A stretch of DNA of 64,000 nucleotides. It comes from Bugula neritina (Eukaryota; Animalia; Bryozoa). This document shows, piece by piece, positions 27,470 through 39,762 of the stretch. Under the pieces are notes generated by a model that saw nothing but the letters and a program-made list of their open reading frames with translations, ran no database searches and was not told the origin of the DNA. Positions within the stretch are counted from its first letter, which is position 1; each line of letters opens with the position of its first letter. Position numbers and translations under genes: made by a program. Location: contig OZ037765.1 in assembly GCA_964035545.1 (NCBI GenBank), forward strand, positions 12,968,698 to 13,032,697, in the 5' to 3' direction.

Positions 27470-30400
27470 ATGGCGGAGGTTAGTGATCCTTAAAATATTA
27501 TAAAAATTATTATTCGTTTAGGCGTTTAATTTTAGTCATTTTCATTCTACTTGGTAATGTCAATGAGATTTAAACTAAATTTTAACAATAAGTTGTAATA
27601 ATTTAATTTTTTGGTACGTTTGTGAAAGTAAAACCTTTGATGATCAATTTGATCGGATCGGGATTCAGATTGCCATTCAAATCAATTTCATCATCATCAT
27701 GATCATTGGTTGTCATTGTGATCGACTTTGAGTTTGAGTAATTTGGATGCGATATCATATTCATATTTCAATTGAATTTGATATTCAACTATGGATTAAA
27801 ATTACTTTAGACTCAGTCGTTACACTTAGTCCTACAGTTGTGAGTTACACTTAAAGTTAATACTTATGACTATGTCTTATTGATATTCGGACTCATTATC
27901 ATTATGATTATCATCATGATAAGTCCTAAGAATACATTTAGTTTTACATTTACTGATTACCCATACTCATAATCATTAGGTTTTAGACATTAGACGAGTT
28001 ACTATTACTATAAGTTGAAGTATAACTTTGAGTGTTACAGTTACTGTTACTCTACTGTAAGTGTATCAGTATGAGTATGAGTACCAGTATCAATATTACT
28101 ACTAGTATTACGGTTTAGGCATTTAGACCTTAGTATTTTTATTCTACTTGATAATATCAATGCTATTTAGACTAAATTTTAATAATAAGTTATAATAATT
28201 TAATTTTTTGTAAAAAAAATTATTTAATAAGACTCCGTGTGAATACAGAATAGGACTTCAAGCTTACATTTATGACTTTATTATACCTAAAGTCATCAGG
28301 ATTATCATTATGATTATGTCACATGCACATTGGCATTGATTTTGACTCAATTATGGACTCAACGTGATTAAGTTTGGCATTGTTATCGATGGTTATATTG
28401 AAAATTAGCGATATTATTGATCTAGTAATATTAAATATAATGATGTTAATGAATATAATAGATACCGTTGATTGTACTGTAAGACAAATAACTCAAGACA
28501 ATAAAACACTATGTTCTACCAAGTATAATAATTATCAACATCAATAAGCATAAAGACTTTAATTAAGCAATAAATAAATAATAACTAAATGTAATCTATC
28601 ATACGGCTTAGTAGCTATACAACATTGTTTTAGAAATCAACACCAGATCTGTATAAAAAAATTTCCTTGATAAAAATCTTTCCTGTAAAACTATGGAAAA
28701 CATGAAGCATCAGACATGTTTTGCACAAACCGTTGTAGTTTAAGCAAATATTTAATTATATGCTTATTAAAATGATAACAATACTCTAGCATATATATAA
28801 ATGAGTTACGTTTGAATCAAAAGATATTAAAACTCGTTGCCTAGTAAGTTTTTATTCAGAGCTAGGCAAAAATTGCTTTTGAGTATGCTTAAAAATTTTC
28901 TAACAACATTGATAATTGCAATAGTATTAACATATAGGCATTTGATTTAATTAATAAATTAGATTGAAATCTTGGATGAATTTTATCAGGGTTTTTGGAA
29001 ATCAAGCAATCATAATAAAGATTTTTCCTATAAGTTTGTTGCATAATTCTTTGTCTAGTTTGGGTAAAACTGCAACGATAAAATTGCTTGTAGTAACCCC
29101 AATGTTTTAATTATGTGTATAAATTAAATGTTTTATTTTTATAGACTGGTGCTGGTGACTCATCTGGTCATGGTAAGTTTATAAACACCCTCTCTTTGTC
29201 ACAGGTTGCATGTTTCTTATGACAAAAATTTTTACCAATATCATTTTCAAGGGAATGTTTAGTGTCTGCTGTCTTTTCTAGAGAATGACAGGGATTTTGA
29301 GCCATCTGCTGAGATGCTGGTACATGACTATGATGATGAGCAAACCCTGGAGGAAGAGGAAAATTATAGCAGTGAATCTGGAGACAATGAAGAAATAGAT
29401 GATTTGCAGAAGGTCAGCTTTGAATTAAAAACTTATCACTTATTAGTGTTGGAATATTTTGCCTCTACAGCTTCATAGACATTATCTTCTTGTCAATAGG
29501 AGAGTGATATGCCATTAAGTGAAGTCATGGCTATGTATGGGTACAAGACTGAACTTCCTTCAAACTTGCAAAACCAAGAATCTTATGGCTCAAGCAGCGA
29601 AGAAGATATTTTAAATAGTAGAGATCTCACATTAGATAAAGAGGAGGTAAAAATGTTTCGCTTGTTCAGATGTAATTGGTTTCTCAGTTTGCAATGCGAA
29701 GCCAGTTGCGCAACATGTTTGAGCTGATGATTAATATGTGATTGAACAGTGAGCACTCGCAGTCTGTCGGAGAAAAAGCTACACAAGTGTATCTATTTGA
29801 CTCTTGCATTACCAATGATGATTGTTTATGGGTGTAGACACAAGACCTGTTTTCAATGCAACCAAATATTTTGTATCCTTACAGATAGCTCGAGATATTC
29901 TCAAGTATGATGACGGCAGTGACCAATCTAGCATTAACGAACTACTAGAGAACGCCAGTTCTGGGCGGGATAGTAATCTTTTAAACGGTAAATTGATGTT
30001 TTATGTAAAGGTTTTTTGATGCAGAATTTTTTATAATACTCTAAATGCCAGCTTTACAGACTTGGAAAAAAAAGAGTTTTGCCATTAAAAATGCAGCATA
30101 AATAGCAGCTAGTTTATCAATAATCGTGTTAATTATTTCAGGTGAGAAATTTTTAGTATTTCATTGAGGTTGATGTAGGTATTATTAAGTTTCATTGCAA
30201 ATCAGTGGGGAATGCTTTGGTGACTGCTTCTGTTTGCAGGCGCCTCATGAGATACATTCAACCCTCATTTAAATAGTATTTGTAGCTTTTAATTTATTAT
30301 CAACCAAGATGTTAAATTCCCAACTAATGATAGCAAATTCCACTAAGCTTAAGTAACATAATGACTTTGAAATAATATAACTAATACATCAGATTATGCT

Positions 30401-33369
30401 TTAGATAAAATAGTTGTGTTGTTCTATTTTACCTATGCTCTTTTTAAGGGGCATTGAAATATGTGTTCAAGAACATTTATAATATGACTATTTTTGAAAT
30501 GGCTCTGCATTTTAGGGTCGTATGCAAAAGAAGATGCCTTTGAAGATGACGAAGATGCAGATTACTTCCCCATGTATGACGAGGAATTGTGGAAAAAAGT
30601 GTGTAATATAAAGTGAACTTGTTTTTATTTATTTTATGGAAGCTTGATAGTCAAGTCGGCCTTTTTTCAAGTACCTTACGCAGCAATTTCCACATCGCAA
30701 TAGTGTACAAGTCAGTTCTTGAAGTAAAGTAAGCCAGCAATTGCCCAATGAAAGCTCATTGCATTGTTAATTTAGTTGGTCGTTTTTCTGTAATTGAAGG
30801 CTATACAGATTGGCGATGAATTTCAAGCAGATATTCCTGAACTAAATACAAACACATATAACAATGTACCGGAACCCACAGGTTTGTGTTTGCTATCTAT
30901 GTAATACCCATTGATGTTTTTAAAGTTGTGAATAATTTGGAATATATACAATATTGATAAACATTGGAATGCATTTTCTATTGCTCTAGTAGCAACTGTA
31001 AGCAAATATGTATTATTGTTCTCTCTGTGTAGGTGTGGTTGAGGAGAGGTTGTTATGGAATCCCAAGAAAATTGATGAAAATGAAGGTAATCATCTGATA
31101 GTGAGAACACAAATCTCAGAAATTAGCTTGTTTTACTCTTATGTTCTCACATTAAGTATATTTGTTTTAATTTGCACTTCGCCATAACAATTTTATATTT
31201 TGATTTGCGAATTTCAAAACGCAAATTGATTAATTTTTTCAAAGGTGAATATTAAAACCAACCCTGAAATATGAATGACTGTTTCCCGTATATGTCTGCT
31301 ACTTTTAGTTGTGCTAAATACACTACAATCATTGGTTGGCATAAACTGAAATTATTATGTTTAGCCAAGTAATATGTTTTAGAATAATGCCAAGTCAAAA
31401 GTTAATTTCTGAACATAGCTTTTCACCAACTCTAAACTGCTATTTGTAGTCAGAAGATATCTCAAAGAGGTGAATGCCAAGTCGCCCATTCTACACAGAC
31501 AACCGCTAAAGGCTCAGCCCAGTGCTTTGCCAGGTGCTTCAGAAACACAAGTTGCTTCTGCAGAAGAACTTCAAGAGGAAAATGTAGCAGACAATGTCTC
31601 TCTAGACATTGTAATACCAGATGGTGTTTTACCTGACGGGGCACAGGTGAGAGATGACGAGCAAGCTCTTTACGTCCTTCTGCAGAGTGACTACAATGTG
31701 GAAGAGGCGATTCGCAGAAAGCAACTGCAGACAACTCCTCCTATAGGTACTCATTCATTCATCATAACATTATGTAATAATAGAATGTGTGAGTGGGTCT
31801 GTTTTTGTGCCTTCTGTTAAAATGAGATAAGATTTTATTCAAATTTGCAGCAAAATAGCCCTGAAATGTTGATAACAGTAATTACCTAAAATGTTTAAAA
31901 AATGAAATAATGCTATTAAATATCACTTTTTTTCATTATTGGTTACCAGAATTCATCACTTTTGCTGGCTCTCAATTAATTTGACAGCACAAAAAGTTGG
32001 TGGAACAAATAAGATTTCTGTTATGCCAATGCTACCATCTTCTTCATTCCAAAGGTTAGATTCACCGTGGTATGTAATTGCATTTGTAGATCCATTCAGC
32101 CTATGGTCAGAAGATGAGTGTCAGAACTTTGAGAGCGGTCTTCGGGTTTATGGGAAGAATTTCTTTGCGATTCACCATAATAAAGTGAGCTGGTTTTTGA
32201 GATGTTTTAAACATTGGCATTTTTGTATCACGTGCATGTAAAGACACTAATGGTTGACAAAAAGAGCCTTTTACCACTTAGTAATGGTTTAAGTCACTAG
32301 AGCTTGAAATTCACTAAATCTACCTAACATTTGCACACACAAAATAAATATTAAAATAAAAATATTTCGTGGTACTTTTCAATTGCATTTTCTTCCTTTT
32401 TGGTAGAATATATTTTGCAGTATATAAATCATTGTGTTGATAAGAATCGGAAATTTAAGAATTCTAGTGATAGAAGGATATTCCACTCAATTGGTATCTT
32501 TGACTTGTATTTCAAGTCATTGATATGAAGTCGGAGTCAATTGTTTCAATTTGTTGTTGAGACAACTTTACATGCTCTCTCCAAAACAAAAATTTGTGTC
32601 TAAGTCCCAAATTGTCTGCATTTTGTATTAAATGGTTATTTTCATTCAGTTGCTTCAACTGAGCTATCACTAATACATGTTTTAGGTAAAATCCAGGTCA
32701 GTCGGTGAATTAGTACAGTTTTATTATTTTTGGAAAAAAACTGAGCGAAGAGATGCTTTCTGCAGTCGTGGCAGAATTGAAAAGAAAAAGCCAGCCGTCA
32801 CACCTGGAATTACGTGAGTCATTAGGGTATTAAGTATATTGGTTGACAGGTTTTTTGTTTCATCCTCTTTTTCTGTATAAGTTTATTCAAAATCCATTTC
32901 TCACTGTATTAGTGAAACATGAGCAATAGTTATATCACACTGGTGTAATCACTCTTTTAGAGATTACATGGACAGGTTCATCGACAGGGCAGACTCTGAC
33001 GATTCACTCGTATCACTCCCTTCAAATTGTGCTTGTAATGGCGAGGAGCTGCAAGAAGCGGTGCTTGTTGACAACACCGCTATGCCAGCCGCTGCAACTA
33101 GCGCGGAATCATCACAGAATGCCACATCCATCTCATTTACTGTTAATGCCAAGCCAACCAATGTCGTTAATCCTATGGCTCACACTTTCCACGCAGACCA
33201 ATCTGCAGTAACATCTGAGGCTGCAGAAGAAGCAAGAGACTTAGTGGCCGTCAAGCGAACCTCAAGTCATGACATTTCAAGTATGGCAGCAGAAGATGTT
33301 GTCCCTAAGCGTATGAAGGCTGACCGAGTACCCTATACACCCCCTGTGTCAACTGAAGTAGGCAATTAA
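27470..33369 (+). CDS. MIER1: Mesoderm induction early response (MIER) family ELM2-SANT corepressor, 12 coding exons
   Basis: Exons: 27470-27478 (ATG GCG GAG), 29145-29172, 29282-29412, 29500-29646, 29885-29987, 30516-30598, 30800-30881, 31033-31086, 31450-31746, 32090-32184, 32686-32813, 32961-33369. Motifs: FEPSAEMLVHDYDDEQTLEEEE; ELM2 IQIGDEFQADIP..LLWNP..RDDEQAL; SANT WSEDECQNFESGLRVYGKNF..FYYFWKKTER; PGITDYMDRF. Likely co-orthologous to vertebrate MIER1/2/3. Confidence 0.93.
27640..28400. repeat. Degenerate (ANT)n array in MIER intron 1
   Basis: Examples: ATCATCATCATGATCATT, AGTATGAGTATGAGTACCAGTATCAATATTACT, ATTATCATTATGATTATC. Confidence 0.7.
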
Positions 33370-33885
33370 TGTGGTTCGGTATCAGGAATTTTAGGGAATA
33401 TGAAGTGCCACCAAATGATGCTGCATAAGTGATGTTATTGTAGTATAAATTTAACCAACTGGCATCAGTTACGCATTTTCACAAGTATCTAAATTCTACA
33501 GTTTTCATTTCCAAATTACCTTGCAAAATGTCAGGTGAACACTTTGTCTACTTGTAAACTATTTATTTTTTATATTCAACTTTATGTTGTATGGTTAGCC
33601 TATTTGTACAAATAATTATTATACAATTACTGTAAATAATACATCACTAACTCTACTTATCCTGATACATGTTATAAATGTGTTGGTAGTTGCAAAACTG
33701 TATATTCAATGTAACTTGAACATTTGCATTTTTTATCAACTTTTTACATGTCACTAAAACAATGTGCATTACTATGGTTACCAATATTTTTATTTTAAAA
33801 CTGTTTCACACTTATTCACAAGTAATATAACCTCAGTTTTTCTTAAATTAGCTAAATAATGTACTATATACACTTTGAAGATAGT

Positions 33886-36865
33886 CTATTTTCCAAACAT
33901 TGTCTTTAATCTGTCTTTGCTGCTAACTGCGACATAGAGAGCTGTTATTCCTAAGCCAGCAGCGCCACCTTTTAAACATCCTCGGCCACCAGCTACAAAC
34001 AAAATACCATACATTGAAAACACATCATAATGAAGTAGCTGAGCATAGAATTGTACTGCAAATCAACTGTGAAAGTGCAATGCACAACACTAGAAAAGAA
34101 GAATGGTTTTCCAAACTTCAAATTTTTAGTTCAACTATTCTAGCTTCTACTAATTCATATTATCAATCTTGCTACATTCGAATTAGTGGACTATGATTTT
34201 TCTGTTGGCTCACATTGAGATGTTATAAACAAGGTGTTTCTGGAAATACCTATGTGTGACATACCCATATATTCTATTGATTGTTTTTATTATAAAAAAA
34301 CTCGCGCAAGTTTATAGTCGCTATCCCTGTGAGAAACCCCTGATGGAAAGGGTTTTTGTTAGAACGGGCTAAGGACTTGTTCAAATGAGGCACAGGAGCA
34401 ATTATGACTGGATGCTCTTCCTAACATCACCAATGGCCTTTGTCGGGGTTCGAACCCACAACGCTTTAACCCCTAGACCACGGCTGCTCCCTTGATTGTT
34501 TTTTTTATATAAATGCCCTGTAATCAGCAGTAACAATTTGGAGCAGCAGATAATTTAATTAACGAGTACCTAAATATGGAGTGTAAACAAATCTTCATTC
34601 ATTATTTGAAGATGACTGAAATAAGCGTACTTGTACTTGCAATGTTTTGTTGAATTTTTTTAGCCATAACATTCTCAATTTGTGCATGTTGTCAAGTGGT
34701 TAACTTCAAAGAAATGTCCTTTAACACTTTTTCCAGTTAAAACTTAAATTTTACAGCTTACTAATCTTGTGAATCGTAAAAACACTGACTAGTTTGTTTA
34801 ATGATAACAGATTATCAGCAGTGCGAGCAGTTTCTGCAAGATTTGTTGAATTAGAAACGGTCTACAACTCTGATGATTTGAACTAATTGAAGTTCAATTG
34901 CAGGTTAAATGCCTTTTACCTTAGCTACCAATATAAACAGATGCCTTGCATATAATAGGATACAAGGTGCACAATTTTCAATTGTAAAAATCCGCAAAAA
35001 CATTGCGATCACCTTCTTGAAAAATGCATTACTAGCCTCTAAAAGTTGCTGTTAAATTTGTGAATGATCCACAAATAATAAAGGTAATGAGTAAAATGCC
35101 CTAACCTACCTGTAGATTTAAATAGCATGCCAGACAAGGTGCCTGAAGCTACTGTATTAAGTTCATCATCATGCCCTCGAGCTTTTTGGAGTATTGTGGC
35201 AATGCCTGCATAAATACATCATACTGGATTTACAATAGCATTAAAGAACTTTGAACCAAAAAAGTATAATAGGCAACAAGAATTCATTTACCAGATAAAA
35301 ATATAACAACCTACTGAGAGCTTGACAAGTATTATTCTTATTAATTTCATCGCATCTTAATGCTGACAATTCATGTTAATGCCAAGCTAACTATGTTATC
35401 AACATGAAAAACAATTTAAAGATATTTGCTCAACAACAATTACATATTAGAAAAACTGAATATTACATAATAAATAAATTGGATAATTTCAAATAACATG
35501 TAATAATGAATATACTCTCACCTGAGTACATAAGGGCAACAATACCACACATCTGTGCCCAGGATGCGGATCTCTTGGCAATAAAATTGATCATCCTACA
35601 CACAAAAAACACTTTCAAACAGTTACTGATTAAAAACATAGCAGAATAGATGACCTCTTATTTTACGATATAATTTTAACAATTATGTAAAAATCGTGAT
35701 AATAAATACTAACTGTGTACGCTTGGCAGACCCTGAAAGGGTTGAGGTTCCTTGCAGCCCAGCATATACACCATTCATTCCACCAAGAAACCCCCCTACA
35801 AGTAAGTAAGTGTGTTTTATAAGTTTATAGAAGAGAGATGGTGCGTAGCGAAATTTTAATAGTTGATTTCCCATTGACTAAAAGCACAATCCACCACAAT
35901 ATTTGGCAGTAATTCCAATTCTCCTACCTCAAATCAAAATAGAACATTTAATCGTTTTTAAATATGGCTATATAAAGTAACTGTAATAACAATAAAAATA
36001 ATGTATTCATCATTGAGACCAAAGCATGGCCTCTTTATCAAAAGTCTTATAACACTAGTAGCCACTACGTGCAGCATTATTGATAATATCATAAAACTAT
36101 TTGTTACACAAATCATTAAACACTTTCTGTTAGTGCTTATTGTTGGCAAATATTGAGAAAGTGGTCAATTTATCATTTTGAGACTTGATTTTTCAACAGT
36201 AAGAATGAAATGTAGCCTAAGCCTTATTGTATTACACTTGCAATGACAAATTATATCTTCAATAGGTAATTTGAAAAAAATACCGCAGTTGTAAGTTAAC
36301 TTGCTTTACACTAGATCAGCTGCATAATATGCGACTTTTCTAAGTTGAATATCACAGTTGTGTCCACCACAGCAGTAGCATGTAGAGCTAGTTTACAATA
36401 TTTACCCCTATATATGGGTATATAAAACAACATTCTAACCTGCCGCTGTAAAGCCACCAATAGTACTAAACATCAGTTCAAATCTACCTCTTCCGGACGC
36501 TCCACTTGACCATTCTGGATATAAATAATCTGAATCTGCACCCTATAAAGCATTTTATAAATTATAGAAATTAAAAGACCAGATATTGATAGACTATAAA
36601 TTCTGACTTAAAATAGTAAAAACCTAAACACATTATATATTCAAACACTTACAGGTGTCACAAAAGCAGGATTAAAATCAAGGTAGGGTGAAGACATTCC
36701 AGTATTTCCCGACAGTCCTGCAAAACAATCAAGTAAACCATCAGTGTGAAGTCTAAACTATATATAACACATGATAGGTTACAGCTCAACTGTGTACTCT
36801 AAGAATCACCAGAATACAGAATAGCTCTTACCAGAATAGTCTTTGGGATCTTTACCCATATTCAT
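33886..36865 (-). CDS. TIMM23: Mitochondrial inner-membrane translocase subunit Tim23, 7 coding exons
   Basis: Minus-strand exons: 36865-36832, 36717-36653, 36542-36440, 35795-35714, 35595-35522, 35205-35110, 33992-33886, with consistent phases. Motifs: SPYLDFNP, RGRFELMFSTIGG, KRTQMINFIAKRSASWA..LMYS, RGHDDELNTVASGTLSGMLFKST. Confidence 0.92.
34301..34490 (-). mobile_element. tRNA-derived SINE in TIMM23 intron 6
   Basis: The minus-strand head GGAGCAGCCGTGGTCTAGGGGTTAAAGCGTTGTGGGTTCGAACCCCG carries Pol III A and B boxes. It is flanked by TTGATTGTTTTT direct repeats (34277, 34492). The body matches 58588-58703. Confidence 0.8.
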
Positions 36866-38269
36866 TATGTCTCGGCTAGTTGTACAAATAAATTTTCTCT
36901 TCTTACTACAACTCTAAATATTAAAATAATCACAATAGAGGTTTTCATATTTAGAGAACAATGTTAATAATACTGGTGCAACTAGCAAATGTAGCACATG
37001 TGGTTTTTTTTAACACATGCATGCACATCAAATACACATCAATGTTATAACATATACAATGCCTATTTATATCACACATCTAAATAGTCAGTAATTCACC
37101 CCAACCTTGGCAAATGTACAACCACAAAATAATTTCTAATAAGCTCATGTAGATCTAACTGTGACTTTCACTAAAAGTTTTTTATATCTAAATTTTAATA
37201 GACAACACATTTCAATAGATAAAATTTGCCTTTATTTTACCCACCTTAATGATTTGTGTAGCTTCTAGCTTTTTTATAACTTTTCAAGGATGTTTCTATG
37301 CCATGTTGCTTACAAGATCTGTGCATGAACATCAGAATTAACATACAATTAATGCATCTTATGCAGAGTATAAACAGCATACTATAGAACAGGAGGGCAG
37401 GCTGTAAGAACAACTAATTATATAATAACACAATACTGTCTTCTAGCTAAAGTGCCATCTCTCCACAAACACTAATATCTATTAATACTGGTTTGCTCAT
37501 GACATTATAGAATGATAATAATCATTATTAATATGAATATCAACATGGTATTGAATAAGTGACCTTGAATATCAATAAAAGTTATGCAAGTATTGACCTA
37601 TGAAATTTAAATTCAATTTATAAATAAAATCACCAACTCACAAGTTTTTATGATCACACTGGCAGTGGGATAAAATTACTTCAAGTTCAGCATGAAATTT
37701 TTAGTTAACCTCAAATTCAATATGAACATTCATATGAATATCGTATTATATTAACATTGAATATTTCTATTAGCATTATTATAGGTAGAACTAATGATAT
37801 TAATAAAAACAAACTATTGCAGTAATACTGAAATTATTACTATTAGCTACAGCATTAAAAATTTTCGTTCTGTAAAATATATTTATCAGCAAATTACTAT
37901 AAGTATAAGTTAATGTTCAACTATAAATAGTAGTTATAACAATACTATTACTTAACTTATGTCTCATTGTGATTGACATTAGTTGTTAGTGTTATTACAA
38001 TTAGTATAATAATGAAGTATTACTCTATTACTTATACAAGAATACAATTACTGTTAGTATAAGCATGGCCTTTAGCATTACTCTTATTATTAACCATTTA
38101 TTTTCAGTGATTCACTATATTAATCATATTTACTTATTAATCATTAGCTTTAGGTGTTACTCATTGACAAAGTCATACTAATTGTCATTGGTCTCGATAT
38201 AAATATCAATATTACTATAAGGTTGCCTTTTCAAACAAATACAACATGTGTGACACTAGAGACACCACT

Positions 38270-39475
38270 TCAGAAAGGTGACAGGAAAGAGTGCAGGAAA
38301 AATTTATGGGGCATATCCCTTCTATTTATTGTAGACAAGATTCTCTCTCGCATACTACTAAATTAGCTAAATGTACATATTACGCCAAAGTTGCCATCGG
38401 AGTCTCAGGGTCGATTTTGGAGTGGAAGAAGTACAATAGACATGGTTTTCTGCTTGAAACAAGTGCAAAAGAAGTGCATAGAACAAAATATGCCACTCTA
38501 TATAGTGTTATTGACTTCAGTAAGGCATTTGATACCGTATAAGGTCTTTGGCAGGTCCTGCATAAGTTTGGCTGTACAGACAAGTTCAGCTGCATTATTG
38601 AAGCACTTTATACAGACATGCAAGCAGATGCAGCAATGATCCATTCCATTTCAAATGATTTTGCAGGAACAAATCAAGTCAAGCAAGGGTGTGTCCTCAC
38701 ACCAACACTTCTCTCACTTTTCCTGTCAGCCATGCTTGAAGTTGTCCTTAAAGACAACTCAGAAAAGAAGCAGACCTGTTTGATGTAACTTATTTCAAGT
38801 CTAAAACCAAAACCACTATTGAGTTAGTGAGAGACTTGCTATTTGCGGATGATAGTGCTCTAGTAGTTCATTATTCAGATGATATACATACTCTAGAAAA
38901 CTGATTTGCTAATACTGCAAGAGACTTTAGTCTATAAATCAACATCAAGAAGACAGAATGCCTCAATCAGCCTCTGAAGTTTCAAAGTAAAAACTCTTAG
39001 CCAAAACGTCATAACCATCAATGGAGAACCTTTGAAAAAGTGTAAAACCTTCAAGTACCCTGGCAGTGCTAAACTAGATAAATCTCTCGCTGCGTTACTG
39101 TATAATGCTGAGACCTAGAACATGTACAGTGTGCAAGTTAACCGACTGAAAGCATATGTCATTCGATATCTATGCTCAATTATGGGTATCTCTTGGAGGG
39201 ACAAGATTAACAACCACGAAATGCTAAAGAGAGCTAGTTTACTATCTTTAAAATCTATCCTCTTTTGGATGGATTTGAGATGGCTAGGACATCTTGAGAA
39301 GATGGATTACAGCTGTTTACCTAGACTACTCATATATTCGCAGCTGAAAGAAGATAAGCGCAACCAAGGAAGGTCCAGACTAAAATTTAAAGACATTGAA
39401 AAGCACAATATGAGAGTTGGACAGAGATGGCTGGCAAAAGAAGGCTAAATATAGAGCTAGATGGAGATGTCGGAT
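38270..39475 (+). mobile_element. Decayed, 5'-truncated RTE-clade LINE (RT domain)
   Basis: Reads include KGDRKEC..GISLL..KILSRILLN, ESQGRFWSGRSTIDMVF, IDFSKAFDTV, KQGCVL.PTL, LLFADDSAL, LRWLGHLEKM and RNQGRSRLKFKD. Multiple frameshifts and stops. Confidence 0.88.
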
Positions 39476-39762
39476 AAAACCAAATTGAATACAGTCATTG
39501 TGGTTATCGTATTGACAGACTGCTACAATGATAATTACTATAAGTTTAGTAATACTGATATTCATATTCAAATTAACTTAACACCAATGGTAATGAGTAT
39601 TAACAAAAACTAATAACTATTACTATTAGTATTATAATTATGTATAACATTACCTGTATAACTATAAGTATACGTAAAAGCAAAATTTAACAAGTTTAAC
39701 TTGAAGTATAACATTTACAGTATTGTAATGGCTAATAGAAGTGTAGTCATGGCGTTTGTTCT

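Noticed and set aside
34445-34490. tRNA gene
   Set aside because: It lacks an anticodon arm and is attached to a repeated body with flanking direct repeats, so it is a SINE head.
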